Part shown: positions 31,832 to 43,339 of the stretch, piece by piece | Position numbering within the stretch: position 1 is the first letter of the stretch | Layout: each line of letters starts with the position of its first letter | Assembly: GCA_034530875.2 (NCBI GenBank) | Contig: JAVRCJ020000004.1 | Span: 160,001-224,000 of the forward strand | Direction: 5' to 3' | DNA length: 64,000 nt | Origin: Nostoc sp. DedSLP01 | GTDB lineage: Bacteria > Cyanobacteriota > Cyanobacteriia > Cyanobacteriales > Nostocaceae | The notes under the pieces: model-generated | What the model saw: only the letters and a program-made list of their open reading frames with translations | What the model was told of the DNA's origin: nothing | Databases searched by the model: none | Translations under genes and position numbers: made by a program

Positions 31832-32530
31832 CTATTTCCCCACTCCCCCTTGATGTTCGCATTTAAAACCTCGATTCTGCCAATCTGCCATATCTACTTC
31901 ATTAAGTTTGATAATGTTTGAGCATTCTGGTTGAATAACTTGACTTAGGATCGCCCAAAATAAACTGCGCGTTAAATCGAGTCCAGTTTTGAGCCAAGAT
32001 TCACGATTACCAGGAACGCCCAACTCTTGAACTATTTCTGGCTCTACCCAAATACCATGAGCGCCCAAAAGAATCTGCGCCATCCATTTAGCCCTTGGTA
32101 AATGAGTAGGCGAAGTAATAACTTTTACCTTGTGTACGCCCCATTTACGCAGTAAGGGAATACTATAATAAAAATTTTCAAAGGTAGAATTTGCACACTT
32201 CTCTAACCAAACGTTGTCTAAGCTTGCGAATTCCCGTTGAAAAATTGACCGTATACAAGGATCTGGGGAACCATGAGAAATTAAAATCGGGATTTGCGGA
32301 TATTGTTTTGCCTGTTGGACAACATAAGTTTCTCGACGTATACTGCCACCAAGCACAAAAAATGTGCCAACTGGCTGCGAAGAAGCAAAAACTAAGGTTA
32401 TAGTAGTAAAAATCAACCAGATACCTAAAACAAAGTACAATCCAGCAGTTAGTTTTTGTAACAATTGCAACATTTTAACCAAAGTTTTTTTAATGGAAAT
32501 TAATGGTTTGATAATAAATTTATGTTTCAT
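31832..32530 (-). CDS. YdcF/ElyC/SanA (DUF218) family protein
   Basis: VLGGSIRRE, ANSTFENF, ITSPTHLPRA. Confidence 0.88.
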   Translation of the reverse strand: MKHKFIIKPLISIKKTLVKMLQLLQKLTAGLYFVLGIWLIFTTITLVFASSQPVGTFFVLGGSIRRETYVVQQAKQYPQIPILISHGSPDPCIRSIFQREFASLDNVWLEKCANSTFENFYYSIPLLRKWGVHKVKVITSPTHLPRAKWMAQILLGAHGIWVEPEIVQELGVPGNRESWLKTGLDLTRSLFWAILSQVIQPECSNIIKLNEVDMADWQNRGFKCEHQGGVGK

Positions 32531-32842
32531 GAGTGAATATCAAAAGAGCCGATTCGATCGCTGCCTCACACCACTACAATTGAGTGTTTCAAGTGCTATC
32601 TTATAAAAGTAATCTAACTTACAAATATGACGGCGATTGAAGTGTCACATCGCCAGTATAGCCTTCCGGAGAAGGCAAACAAACTCAGAAATGGTTATTG
32701 ATAACTAATGCAGTATTTTTGGCATAATTACAATGCTAAAAGATTGAAAAAGCATAGCTGAGTTAGGGGTATAAAAACTTAAAAATTTTTAGAAAGCCTG
32801 ATTGCTAAACTGTCAACAACACAATTATTCCAGATAATATAC

Positions 32843-34186
32843 ATGAACCAATCTGCGAAAAGTTACTCGCCGTTCCAATTAGCTTTGATTGGTGGAGCGA
32901 TCGCTACGACTGCTACCATGTCTGTGTTCGGTTCCGCTTGGACTCGCGGTGTACGTGCAGCCCTCAGTCTACAAGACAGCCCGAAAGCGATAGTTGACCA
33001 AGTTTGGCAACTGGTGAATCATGAATATGTTGATAGCAAATTTAATCAACAAGATTGGCAAGCAACCAGGCAAAGCTTGTTGAATAAAGACTATTCCTCC
33101 CGCGAAGAAGCTTATGCTGCTATCCGCGAGGCATTACAAAGCTTGGGAGATCCTTACACTCGATTCATGGATCCCCAACAGTTTGAAGCCTTGACTAACC
33201 AAACCTCTGGTGAAGTCTCCGGGATTGGCGTTCGTATGGAAGTCAACGAAAAAACTCAGCGTCTAACTGTGGTCGAAGCCATAGAAAATTCTCCAGCACT
33301 GAAAGCTGGAATCAAAGCAGGCGACGAAATTTTGGCTATCGACGGCAAAGCCACTCTCAAAATGAAAGTGGATGACGCCTCCAAGTTGATTCGCGGCAAA
33401 GCCGGCACTCCCATCAGCCTACGGTTGAAACGCGCAGGACAAAATCCCTTTGAACTCAAGCTGACCAGAGCAAACATTGAAGTGCCAACGGTACGTTATA
33501 CCCTCAGGCAAGAAGGAAACCGACGCATAGGCTATATCCGTTTGCGAGAATTTAGCGCCCACGCCGCCGATCAAATGCAACGAGCTATCCGCGATTTGAA
33601 CACTAAGAAAGTTGATTCTTACGTGTTAGATTTACGGGGAAACCCCGGTGGTTTGTTACAAGCCAGCATTGAAATTGCTCGCATGTGGTACGATAATGGC
33701 GGCATTGTCAAGACTGTAGACCGTGTAGGAAGCACCGAGGAAACCAAAGCCAATCACACCGCCTTAACAAATCGTCCTTTAGCAGTATTGGTAGATGGTA
33801 ATTCTGCTAGTGCTAGCGAGATCCTCACAGGCGCACTCAAGGACAATAAGCGGGCGGTAGTTGTTGGCGGTCAAACCTTTGGCAAAGCCCTAGTGCAATC
33901 AGTTCACGAACTGGCCGATGGTTCTGGCTTGGCAGTTACCATTGCTCACTACTACACGCCTTTAGGAACTGATATTAACCATAAAGGAATTACACCAGAT
34001 ATCAAGCTAGACTTGACAGAGGCACAAGAGCGTCAGTTGGCTTCTAATCCAGATTTAATCGGAACTAAGAGCGATCCACAATATGCCCGCGCGATCGCAA
34101 TTTTATCAGGTAGCAACTTTGCTCAACCCCCATTAAATCAAAGTAACCAACCGATGAGCATCCGGGCTGGCGACCTGAAGTTTTAA
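32843..34186 (+). CDS. ctpB: Carboxyl-terminal processing protease (S41)
   Basis: LGDPYTRF, PDZ, LDLRGNPGG, SASASEIL, TFGKALVQ. Confidence 0.9.
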   Translation: MNQSAKSYSPFQLALIGGAIATTATMSVFGSAWTRGVRAALSLQDSPKAIVDQVWQLVNHEYVDSKFNQQDWQATRQSLLNKDYSSREEAYAAIREALQSLGDPYTRFMDPQQFEALTNQTSGEVSGIGVRMEVNEKTQRLTVVEAIENSPALKAGIKAGDEILAIDGKATLKMKVDDASKLIRGKAGTPISLRLKRAGQNPFELKLTRANIEVPTVRYTLRQEGNRRIGYIRLREFSAHAADQMQRAIRDLNTKKVDSYVLDLRGNPGGLLQASIEIARMWYDNGGIVKTVDRVGSTEETKANHTALTNRPLAVLVDGNSASASEILTGALKDNKRAVVVGGQTFGKALVQSVHELADGSGLAVTIAHYYTPLGTDINHKGITPDIKLDLTEAQERQLASNPDLIGTKSDPQYARAIAILSGSNFAQPPLNQSNQPMSIRAGDLKF

Positions 34187-34194
34187 GTTGAACA

Positions 34195-34330
34195 GAAGTC
34201 AGAATTTAGAATTTAGAATTCAGAATTCAGAATTCAGAATTCAGAATGAATAAAAGCCTTTATTTCTGATAACTTAGCAAAGTGTCTTTGCCTTTGCTTC
34301 TGGATTCTGACTCCTGAATTCTGAATTCTA
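34195..34330. repeat. STRR (AGAATTC)n in inverted arrangement
   Basis: agaattt/agaattc tandem units, then reverse-complement units at ~34300-34330. Confidence 0.8.
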
Positions 34331-34381
34331 ATCTTGATTGGGAATACTAATTAGTAGTTCCATCTGCAAAATCTTAAATTT

Positions 34382-35350
34382 ATGAATTATCAGCCAGTTG
34401 ATGCAACCACCGCCACCAAATTTTTGCCAATGGTATCGGTGGTTGTTCCTATTTATAATGGTGAGGCAGATTTACCAGATTTGCTCAATTGCCTATTGTC
34501 TCAAACTTATCCCAAAGACCGAGTAGAGTATTTACTCGTAGATAATAACAGCAGCGATCGCACTCTTAACTTTCTCAAAACAGCTGCTGAAAATAGCCCA
34601 ATTACAATTCGCCCCTTGAGCGAAAATGAAATTCAAAGCTCCTACGCAGCTCGTAATACCGGAATTCGCAAAGCCGTAGGCGAAATTATAGTTTTTACAG
34701 ATGCAGATTGCCGTCCCCAACCCCAATGGCTAGATGCATTAATAGAGCCTTTTGTCAATTTAGAAGTGATAATTGTTGCCGGGGAGATTTTGGCACTACC
34801 AGGCAAAACTTTGTTAGAACAACACGCAGACCGTGAGGAAACGCTGTCGCAAAAACACACCCTCGGTCATGCCTTTCGTCCTTACGGACAAACCGCTAAT
34901 TTGGCAATTCGCCGCATCGCTTTAGAAAAAGCAGGATTATTCCGTCCGTATCTGACCACTGGTGGCGATGCAGACATTTGCTGGCGAATTTTGGGCGAAA
35001 ACATCGGGCGTTTGGAATTTGCCCCAAATGCCATCGTCCAGCACCGCCACCGGATTACGCTTTTGGAACTGCAAAGTCAATGGCGGCGTTATGGACGTTC
35101 CAATCGCTATTTACACGAACTGTATGGTGTAGATTTAATGCGAGATATCGCGCTTGGTGAATGCGGTTATCGTTTGGCGCGTTGGTTATTAAAAGAAATA
35201 CCAAAAGATATTATCAAGGCGATCGCAGGTAAAGCAACCCTTGTAGATTTAGTAAATACTCCTATTGGTTTATTTACAGCGAGGGCACGTACAACTGGAC
35301 AAAGAGAGGCCAAACTGCCAGAGAAAGCCAAGATAATTGCCAGGCTCTAA
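34382..35350 (+). CDS. Glycosyltransferase family 2
   Basis: VSVVVPIYN, VDNNSSD, ARNTG, FTDADC. Confidence 0.93.
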   Translation: MNYQPVDATTATKFLPMVSVVVPIYNGEADLPDLLNCLLSQTYPKDRVEYLLVDNNSSDRTLNFLKTAAENSPITIRPLSENEIQSSYAARNTGIRKAVGEIIVFTDADCRPQPQWLDALIEPFVNLEVIIVAGEILALPGKTLLEQHADREETLSQKHTLGHAFRPYGQTANLAIRRIALEKAGLFRPYLTTGGDADICWRILGENIGRLEFAPNAIVQHRHRITLLELQSQWRRYGRSNRYLHELYGVDLMRDIALGECGYRLARWLLKEIPKDIIKAIAGKATLVDLVNTPIGLFTARARTTGQREAKLPEKAKIIARL

Positions 35351-35666
35351 CAACACTAGAAAGCTTGTTCGGTGGGTATTTATAGTCTTTCACACTACTA
35401 GATACCAAACGCTCTGGTCGCTCTAAAACTAATAACTTAAAATGTTATTTTACAAATAATTTTGATTTGTTAAATGTATCTTAAGAGGTATTTGAAAAAA
35501 TACGTAAAGTTAATATAATTTACTTCATTAATATTTAACTAATATATAAAGCAAATTCTGCTAAATTTGTTTGTACATTTCTCGACCCTTGCAACTAACC
35601 GCTGATCGGCTGCTTAACAAAAGGTGTAGAATTTGCTTTCATTTATAGTTTTCCGATTTGAGCCGC

Positions 35667-37652
35667 ATGAACGTAGATGGGTTTAGTCAACACATAGAAA
35701 AATTGCGCTCACAAATACAGGAACTACTGCAACAAAGTGCAACTAAGCCCAACTCAGAACAAGAAATAATAATAGAAGCTTTCGAGGAACTCCATACCAC
35801 AGTGGAAGAACTATTAACGCTTTCTGAGGAGTTAGAGGTCACACGAGCAGCACTAGACAAAGAACGCCAGCGTTACCGAGATTTGTTTGAGTTCGCTCCA
35901 GATGGTTATTTGGTAACTAACACCACAGGAACAATCCAAGAAGCCAACCATGCAGCAGCAACCTTGCTTAATGTCCGCCAACAGTATCTAGTAGGTAAAC
36001 CATTAATTATTTTTATTGCTCAGCAAGACCGCCAGTTCTTTAGCTCTCAAATAAACAATTTACAAAAGCAACTCAACTGGGAAATTAACCTACAGCCACG
36101 ATCGGGAAAGCCCGTTCCTGTTAGCGTTAGAGTGTCTGGGGTATATAACGAAAAAGCAAAACAAATCGGTTGGCGCTGGGTACTATGCAACATTACCGAA
36201 CGCAAACAAGCTCAAGAAATGTTGCACCAAGCTTACGAGCAGTTAGAAATACGCGTGGCAGAACGGACAGCAGAATTGGTAAAAGCAAATCAAAAATTGC
36301 TGACTGAAATTACAGAGCGCAAACGAGCCGAGTCACAGCTGCTCCACCTTGCATATCACGATGCATTAACGGGTTTGCCAAATCGTGCTGCATTTATTAA
36401 TCGCTTAAAACATGCGATTAATTATTCCAAAAGGCATTCAGATTATTTATTTGCTGTACTATTTATCGATATAGATCGATTTAAAGTTATCAATGACAGT
36501 CTCGGACACCAGAAAGGAGACCAATTTTTGCTTGCCATTGCAGGTAGACTCGAAGTATGTGTACGCTCCATAGACACAGCAGCACGGCTTGGGGGAGACG
36601 AATTTACAATCCTGTTAGAGGGAATTCAAGATGTTTCAGACGCCATCAAAGTTGCTGAGCGCATCGAACAAGAACTGAAATTACCCTTTGAGCTTGACGG
36701 ACAAGAAATCTTCACAACAGCAAGTATTGGTATCGCCTTAAGTTCAACAGTAGATTATCAACGACCAGAAGACGTGCTAAGAGATGCTGACAGCGCAATG
36801 TACCGAGCTAAGATGCTCGGCAGAGCGCGTTACGAACTATTCAACTCGATTATGTATGCTCATGCTCTGGCAAAATTACAGTTAGAGACAGATTTGCGCC
36901 GAGCAATTGAGCGCCTTGAATTGCAGGTTTATTATCAACCAATTGTTTCCCTAGCTAGTGGTTCTATTTTAGGTTTTGAAGCTTTGTTGCGCTGGGAGCA
37001 TCCAGAGCGCGGTCTGCTATATCCAGGAGATTTTATTTCCCTAGCCGAAGAAACTGGGCTAATTTCCTCCATTGGCAAGTGGGTGTTGCATGAAGCCTGT
37101 AGCCAAATGCAAACTTGGCGCGCGTCCTATCCTTATAACTTGCTCAAAAAAATTAGTGTCAATCTCTCGCTCAAGCAATTTTATCAGCGAGATTTAATTG
37201 AAGAGATTAGGCAAATATTAGAATCTACTGGTCTGGATGCTGAGAGTTTAGTATTAGATATTACTGAAAATCTAATTGTGGAAAATGGCGATCGCGCAAC
37301 TGCTGCACTCCTAGAACTTCGGGAAATGGGCATTGAGTTATCAATTGATGACTTTGGTACAGGCTGCTCTTCATTAAGTCGTCTTTATAACTTTCCAATT
37401 AGTCTGTTGAAGATAGACCGTTCTTTTATCAGTTCCATTAACGGTAATAGTAGAGATTTAGAAATTATTGAAATACTTGTGACCTTGGCACATAAACTAG
37501 GTGTGGATGTGCTTGCTAAAGGAATAGAAACAAAAGAGCAACTAGCACTTCTGAGAAACTTGAACTGTGAATACGGACAAGGACATTTTTTCGCAGTTCC
37601 ATTAAACCGTTCAGCGGCAGAGGTATTAATTAAGGCAAATCCTCAGTGGTAA
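35667..37652 (+). CDS. PAS-GGDEF-EAL protein
   Basis: PAS (LFEFAPDGY), HDALTGLPNR, RLGGDEF, FEALLRW, DDFGTG. Confidence 0.93.
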   Translation: MNVDGFSQHIEKLRSQIQELLQQSATKPNSEQEIIIEAFEELHTTVEELLTLSEELEVTRAALDKERQRYRDLFEFAPDGYLVTNTTGTIQEANHAAATLLNVRQQYLVGKPLIIFIAQQDRQFFSSQINNLQKQLNWEINLQPRSGKPVPVSVRVSGVYNEKAKQIGWRWVLCNITERKQAQEMLHQAYEQLEIRVAERTAELVKANQKLLTEITERKRAESQLLHLAYHDALTGLPNRAAFINRLKHAINYSKRHSDYLFAVLFIDIDRFKVINDSLGHQKGDQFLLAIAGRLEVCVRSIDTAARLGGDEFTILLEGIQDVSDAIKVAERIEQELKLPFELDGQEIFTTASIGIALSSTVDYQRPEDVLRDADSAMYRAKMLGRARYELFNSIMYAHALAKLQLETDLRRAIERLELQVYYQPIVSLASGSILGFEALLRWEHPERGLLYPGDFISLAEETGLISSIGKWVLHEACSQMQTWRASYPYNLLKKISVNLSLKQFYQRDLIEEIRQILESTGLDAESLVLDITENLIVENGDRATAALLELREMGIELSIDDFGTGCSSLSRLYNFPISLLKIDRSFISSINGNSRDLEIIEILVTLAHKLGVDVLAKGIETKEQLALLRNLNCEYGQGHFFAVPLNRSAAEVLIKANPQW

Positions 37653-37773
37653 AGTTTTTTGCAAGGTTTTTGAGCCGTTTAAAATCTTCTGAGGTGCTAG
37701 AGATCGAATCAGATTGCTCAATGCTTGTCAACTTTCGCTAAATTGGAACAAGGTGAGCTTAAGGAAATTTTCA

Positions 37774-38469
37774 ATGTCAGCACAACTGCTACTGGTGGAT
37801 GATGAACCAGGAATACGGGAAGCGGTGAAAGACTATTTGCAAGAGAGTGGTTTCAACGTTCAAATCGCCAGTAACGCCGTTGAGGGTTGGGAATTGATGC
37901 AGGTCAATACACCCGATCTAGTCATTTCCGATGTTATGATGCCTCAGGTGGACGGCTATCAGTTCCTCAAACAACTGCGAGAAGACCCTCGTTTCCAAGC
38001 ACTCCCCGTAGTATTTTTAACTGCTAAAGGCATGACAGGCGATCGCATTCAAGGCTATCAAGCTGGTGTTGATGCTTATCTTCCGAAACCCTTTGACCCA
38101 GATGAGCTAGTTGCCATAGTCGAAAATTTGCTGGCCCGTCGCATCGCTAAAGCTCAAGCTACAGCAGATGACCTTGAAACCCCTGATATTGCTGAACTAG
38201 CCAATCAGATTGCTCAAATCAAGGCATTGTTAACTCAAAGAAATGCCATTTCCCAATCGCCAGCTCCTTTCAAAATTGATTTGACCCCCAGAGAACAAAG
38301 TGTTTTAAACTTAGTTGCCGAAGGGCTAATGAACAAAGAAATTGCCCGTCGTCTGGAAACTAGCGTCCGTAACGTAGAAAAATATGTCAGCCGCTTGTTT
38401 AGTAAAACCGGTACTAATAGCCGTACAGAGTTAGTTCGTTTTGCTTTAGAACACGGTCTTGCTAAATAA
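37774..38469 (+). CDS. NarL/LuxR-family response regulator (Ycf29-like)
   Basis: LLVDDE, DLVISDVMMP, LTPREQSVL...NKEIARRL. Confidence 0.92.
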   Translation: MSAQLLLVDDEPGIREAVKDYLQESGFNVQIASNAVEGWELMQVNTPDLVISDVMMPQVDGYQFLKQLREDPRFQALPVVFLTAKGMTGDRIQGYQAGVDAYLPKPFDPDELVAIVENLLARRIAKAQATADDLETPDIAELANQIAQIKALLTQRNAISQSPAPFKIDLTPREQSVLNLVAEGLMNKEIARRLETSVRNVEKYVSRLFSKTGTNSRTELVRFALEHGLAK

Positions 38470-38964
38470 GTATTAGCATCGGGCATTGGGGCATTGGGGA
38501 AGCAGTGATGGGTACTTCCTGCCTCCTGCCTCAAAACCCGTAACTTTGCACCTCATGTAAATGAAAACTGCTGTAATTACTTCAGCAAATCAAAACACTT
38601 ATACCATTTCACCAAAATCCCGATCCAACTTACTCCATCTGCTTCCTCTGCCTCCCTTGTTTATCTGACGCCACATCTGTAAAGACACAGAGTTTTGTTT
38701 TTCGCTTAATCTTTTGATATCAACTTCGGTAAAATGCACCCGGCTAAATTTGCTTTGAGTTCTACCAGTAACCTTTGCTACAAAGTTTTTAATCAAAGAA
38801 ACTGTTCCTGGGACTTTGTGCTGCTAAATAAGACTTTCACAAAGCAGAAATCAAAATAATTTTATGAATTCTACTTACTGCTTAGTTTTTATTGCAACCA
38901 GGGTATGAGATTGCTATTTGGTTTGATACCTAATTTTGGTTTTTTTACTACTTAAATTACACCT

Positions 38965-39249
38965 TTAAATTGGTGGATTTTCAGCAGCATTACGCAAGCG
39001 CATTAGCTGGCGTCGCATTTGAGGTGAGGCTTTGAACTCTGAGACTTCCTGTGCTTTAACAGACGCTTGTAGCGTCTCCAGAAAATCGTCAGAACCCTCG
39101 GTTAAAGCATCGAGTAATACCTGTAAGAGTTGCTCGCGATCGCCCAATAGACTCTTTTCCTCAATCAAGCGAAATTTAAGATGTATTTCGCACTCATAAA
39201 CACCTACTTCGAGATTATTGATTTGGCGTGGTAATGCTTTGGAGTTCAT
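38965..39249 (-). CDS. Npun_R1517/Asr1734-family heterocyst differentiation regulator
   Basis: MNSKALPRQINNLEVGVYECEIHLKFRLIEEK..., recognised family sequence. Confidence 0.85.
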   Translation of the reverse strand: MNSKALPRQINNLEVGVYECEIHLKFRLIEEKSLLGDREQLLQVLLDALTEGSDDFLETLQASVKAQEVSEFKASPQMRRQLMRLRNAAENPPI

Positions 39250-40156
39250 ACGCTATTGAGATTCCTTTACTTGGTAGTCATGAAGGTAAGGAGGTAGATG
39301 TCCAGCAAAAGTTCTTTATATCTTTTTTCAATCCAAAGTGCTTGAATTAAGAATTTTTCTTCATCAAACACCTTTGTATTTCATTTCACTCTCCTGTGTT
39401 TTGCTTTCAAGCTGAATTTTCAGTGTATAGATTTTGATGTTACTGTGCCAGATGTAGCTTATGTTAAGCCATAACTATTATTCAGTTTTTAAGATTCTAC
39501 ACAATAAAGTTTCTGTAAGAAGTTGTCCGAGCTTTTTAAAGCTTTTTACATCAATTTTATGAGAACGTCAATAACAGTTTGAGTTGTTACTTGATTTTTG
39601 GTGTTATTACGTAAGTAAAAGCGCTGGTTTTTTTTCCTTTTCTTAATCCCAGACCTGAGTGTAGCGCTATTCCGTAAAATTACTAGATGTACGTTTTTTT
39701 CAAGAGCAAATTTGAGGAGAAATTAAGTTGCATAGTTATTAAGGTAAAAATTTTTGTTCCCGAACAAAAATGTACACAGATCAAATTATCCCAATCAAAT
39801 ACGCGCTCCTAGTGTCTTCTAGGCTTAATAAATACAAAAACCTTAGCAGTAGACAACGATACCATACTGTCGAGACAATGTTTGTCTACCCTAAATAAAA
39901 ATACCCGGTCAATAATCCTGGTGTGAAAATTATAAGTCTACTGACAGTACTAAGAAATAACTGCAACTTCAACTACTAATACTAGTCAAACCAGTAATCA
40001 GTACAAACAATATTTTTACTGAAGTCAATTCAATCTACTCTTTTTGAAACTACCTGAAAGCTTGGAGATGAAAGCTTGTAAATTTCAGAGCATTCAAGCA
40101 TGAATATAACGTTTACAATATTTTCAGTGTAATTCACCCAAATCTTACACCTTTTT

Positions 40157-40516
40157 ATGGATAACCCGATGCTGCTCAAGTCCACAACTCGGCATATCCG
40201 CATTTTTGCGGCTGAAATTGACCGGGATGGCGAACTAGTTCCTAGCGATCAAGTCTTAACGTTAGATATTGACCCAGATAATGAATTTAACTGGAATGAA
40301 GATGCGCTGCAAAAGGTTTATCGAAAATTTGATGAACTTGTAGAAGCATCTAGCGGTGCAGACCTGACAGACTATAACTTACGCCGTGTCGGGTCAGACT
40401 TGGAGCATTATTTGCGATCGCTCCTACAAAAAGGCGAAATCAGCTACAATCTCTCCGGCCGTGTTACCAATTACAGCATGGGAATTCCCCAAGTTGCGAT
40501 TGACGACAAGCAATAA
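40157..40516 (+). CDS. ndhM: NDH-1 subunit M
   Basis: MLLKSTTRHIRIF, LDIDPDNEFNW, YNLRRVGSDLEH. Confidence 0.95.
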   Translation: MDNPMLLKSTTRHIRIFAAEIDRDGELVPSDQVLTLDIDPDNEFNWNEDALQKVYRKFDELVEASSGADLTDYNLRRVGSDLEHYLRSLLQKGEISYNLSGRVTNYSMGIPQVAIDDKQ

Positions 40517-40528
40517 GGTAGAGAATTA

Positions 40529-40662
40529 GGGCATTGGGGATGGGGCATTGGGATTGGAGTGTGGGAAGTGTGGGGGGAAAGAGAATTTATGCTTCTCCCT
40601 CCTCTTTTTGCTCGCACACCTCCCTCTCCTCCCACATCTCCCTACCTCTCCATCGCCCCATT
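40529..40662. repeat. STRR-type G-rich/C-rich inverted repeat cluster
   Basis: gggcattggg.../gtgtgggaag followed by C-rich complementary tracts. Confidence 0.65.
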
Positions 40663-41077
40663 TCTCAGCTACTTTTGGCAAAAGTGTATCGGCTATCTTA
40701 ATTCTTAATTAAAGTTAATTATTGCTATCCTACTTATAAAGTATATAAATACCAAGACAATCGGCATATTAAACATGAACTAATTCAGCAAAATTAAATA
40801 GCACAGTTATGCTTGGGTTATGCTTTGGTGACACCCTTGGAATTAGTTGCTTTGGCGATGGAGAGTCCCAGAGCAATAGAAGCTATGATGGGGCTGTAGG
40901 GTTAACTTGGGAGCGTATTCTTTAGATAAGTTAAGTAGTATTAGCACCTGTTGATAACCGCCAGCTAAAATCATCATCTAAAGCCTGTATATATCAAGTT
41001 GAAGAAACAAGAGCGGTCTAGATTGTCCCTACTAATGCTGTTAAAGAAATTGCCAATCTCCGATCGGTGGGAAAACT

Positions 41078-43339
41078 ATGGAAAATGATGCGGCAACGCT
41101 CTACTGTCCAAATGAAAATTGTCAGGCTGCTAATCCCCTGACTCATAAGTTTTGCCAACGATGTTCCACGCCCCTACCGAAAAACTACCTCTGGGCTGTG
41201 GTGGATAGCCAGAGTTTGGGTACGCCTGGAAAAATATTAGCCGATCGCTATTTAATCCTTGATAAATTCGTTCTATTAGATACGAAGCCTGGTTTCTTAA
41301 CTCTAACGCCGGAATTAGATAATTTACAAATTCCCAGAGCCTATCTCAGGCTGATTCCCTACCGCTTACACGTACCGCAAGTATATGGAGTCCTTTCTTT
41401 ACCCGATAAATCCTCGGTACGCGACATATTACTTTTAGAAAAACCGCCACTATTGTTCGATGAGAAAACCCAACAAGTACATGTAGGTAGCGAGTTGACA
41501 GCTGCTTGGGGCGATGTGACATCGATGCGGCAACTCAATTGGTTGTGGCAGATAGCTCATTTGTGGCAACCTCTGGCAAGTGAAGGTGTCGTTTCTAGCT
41601 TACTAGACTCATCTGTGTTACGGGTAGAAGGCTCCTTAGTCCGTTTGTTGGAATTGCGCTTCGACGATGGTGCAACACCAGAATTGCCCGAATTAGGTAA
41701 GTTCTGGCAGCAGCTAATCGCTAATGCCAAGCCAGCTATAGCAGAATTTGTCGATCGCATTAGCGCGTCTTTAATCCAAGGAGAAATCCACTCAACCGAA
41801 CAATTAATTGCAGCTTTAGATCGGGGACTAGCACAACTAGGGCGATCGCAAACACCCACAATCAAAATTATCACCAAAACCGATACCGGGCCTAGCCGCC
41901 AACGTAACGAAGACGCCTGTAGCCCACCCAGTGGCACTTTGGTGAGCAAACCACCCCAGCCTACAGCCTTAGCAATTGTCTGTGATGGCATCGGCGGACA
42001 CGAGGGCGGTAACGTGGCATCAAATTTAGCCATTGAAACAATCCAACAGCAGGTACAGCAGCTCACCAAAGTTCCCTACGACCACATAGACCCCTCACTG
42101 CTACTGAATGACTTAGAAAAAGCAGTGGCAATGGCTAACGACAAAATTAGCCAGCGCAATGACAGCGAAAATCGCCACGGGCGTCAGCGTATGGGCACAA
42201 CTTTAGTTATGGCATTGCCTGTCGCCCACGAAATGTATATTACCCACGTCGGCGATAGTCGTGCCTACTGGATTACACGCCAAGGCTGCTATCAAGTTAC
42301 CCTTGATGATGATGTCGCTTCTCGGGAAGTGCGCCTGGGTTATGCCATTTACCGCGACGCCGTGCAACAAAGTTCCGCTGGTTCCCTCGTGCAAGCCTTG
42401 GGAATGGGGCCTAGCAATTCATTGCATCCCACATCTGCACGATTTATGCTCGATGAAGATGCAGTTTTTCTCCTGACATCCGATGGTTTGAGCGATTTCG
42501 ATCGCATAGAGGAGTACTGGGAAACAGAAATTTTGCCGATTTTGCTTGGGGAAGCAAACATTACTAATGTTGCAGATAGATTAGTAGAAATTGCCAATAC
42601 AAAGAACGGACACGATAATGTCACCGTCGCTTTAGTACACTATCAAGTCCAATATTGGGAACCAGAAATCGTCATTCAAGCAGTTATCCCAGAAAGTTAC
42701 TCGCCAAAAACTGTTGATTTGTCATCCAGAGCAACAAATACGGCAGTTTTAAATAGCCCAAACCAGAAAACTCAAGTAATTGAAGACACTCAGCCTTCCA
42801 AAACTTCCCACCAATTACCTCTACAGTGGATAGTCCCGTTACTATTTGTTCTGGCAGCAGGTACTGTGGGATTATTCGTCAAATATTTGCGATCGCAACC
42901 AGGTCTTCCAATTTTATCTTCCCATTCCACGCCAACTCAAAACCCTACTATTACACCCACGCAGCCACAGAGAACCCTAACTAATCTTGCTCCTGGCTGG
43001 GTGATTCAAACCACCAAGGAAATACCCTTAGAAAACAACCAACCGCTTCCTGCTAAAACTTTTTTAGAAGCGATCGACACTCAACCAAATCCCAAACCTA
43101 CATCTGGGGATTTTTCTGTACTGATGCGAGTCTGTAACAATAAACCTACATCGGCTCCAGGAGCCTCCCCAGTACCACCCACATCAAAACCTGGATCTAA
43201 ACCAAGCGAACAAGTATCGATTAAATTTTCCCAACTCAAGAATTCTGGAGTCTCTGTTTTGCCATCAGACGCACCAAATCCTTGTAAAACTGTTACCCAA
43301 CCATCAGTTACTCCAGCAGCTGATACCAGTTCAACTTAG
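41078..43339 (+). CDS. prpJ: PP2C-type Ser/Thr phosphatase with Zn ribbon, degenerate kinase-like region and TM (PrpJ-like)
   Basis: CPNENC..CQRC, RQRNEDA, VCDGIGGH, MGTT, HVGDSR, SDGL, GHDNVT; position next to ndhM matches recalled Anabaena order. Confidence 0.8.
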   Translation: MENDAATLYCPNENCQAANPLTHKFCQRCSTPLPKNYLWAVVDSQSLGTPGKILADRYLILDKFVLLDTKPGFLTLTPELDNLQIPRAYLRLIPYRLHVPQVYGVLSLPDKSSVRDILLLEKPPLLFDEKTQQVHVGSELTAAWGDVTSMRQLNWLWQIAHLWQPLASEGVVSSLLDSSVLRVEGSLVRLLELRFDDGATPELPELGKFWQQLIANAKPAIAEFVDRISASLIQGEIHSTEQLIAALDRGLAQLGRSQTPTIKIITKTDTGPSRQRNEDACSPPSGTLVSKPPQPTALAIVCDGIGGHEGGNVASNLAIETIQQQVQQLTKVPYDHIDPSLLLNDLEKAVAMANDKISQRNDSENRHGRQRMGTTLVMALPVAHEMYITHVGDSRAYWITRQGCYQVTLDDDVASREVRLGYAIYRDAVQQSSAGSLVQALGMGPSNSLHPTSARFMLDEDAVFLLTSDGLSDFDRIEEYWETEILPILLGEANITNVADRLVEIANTKNGHDNVTVALVHYQVQYWEPEIVIQAVIPESYSPKTVDLSSRATNTAVLNSPNQKTQVIEDTQPSKTSHQLPLQWIVPLLFVLAAGTVGLFVKYLRSQPGLPILSSHSTPTQNPTITPTQPQRTLTNLAPGWVIQTTKEIPLENNQPLPAKTFLEAIDTQPNPKPTSGDFSVLMRVCNNKPTSAPGASPVPPTSKPGSKPSEQVSIKFSQLKNSGVSVLPSDAPNPCKTVTQPSVTPAADTSST

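Noticed and set aside
32665..32670. TCCGGA heterocyst DIF1-like motif upstream of ctpB
   Set aside because: A hexamer alone is expected by chance; no TSS data to position it
41557..42069. 170-aa antisense ORF
   Set aside because: Shadow of the PP2C gene on the opposite strand
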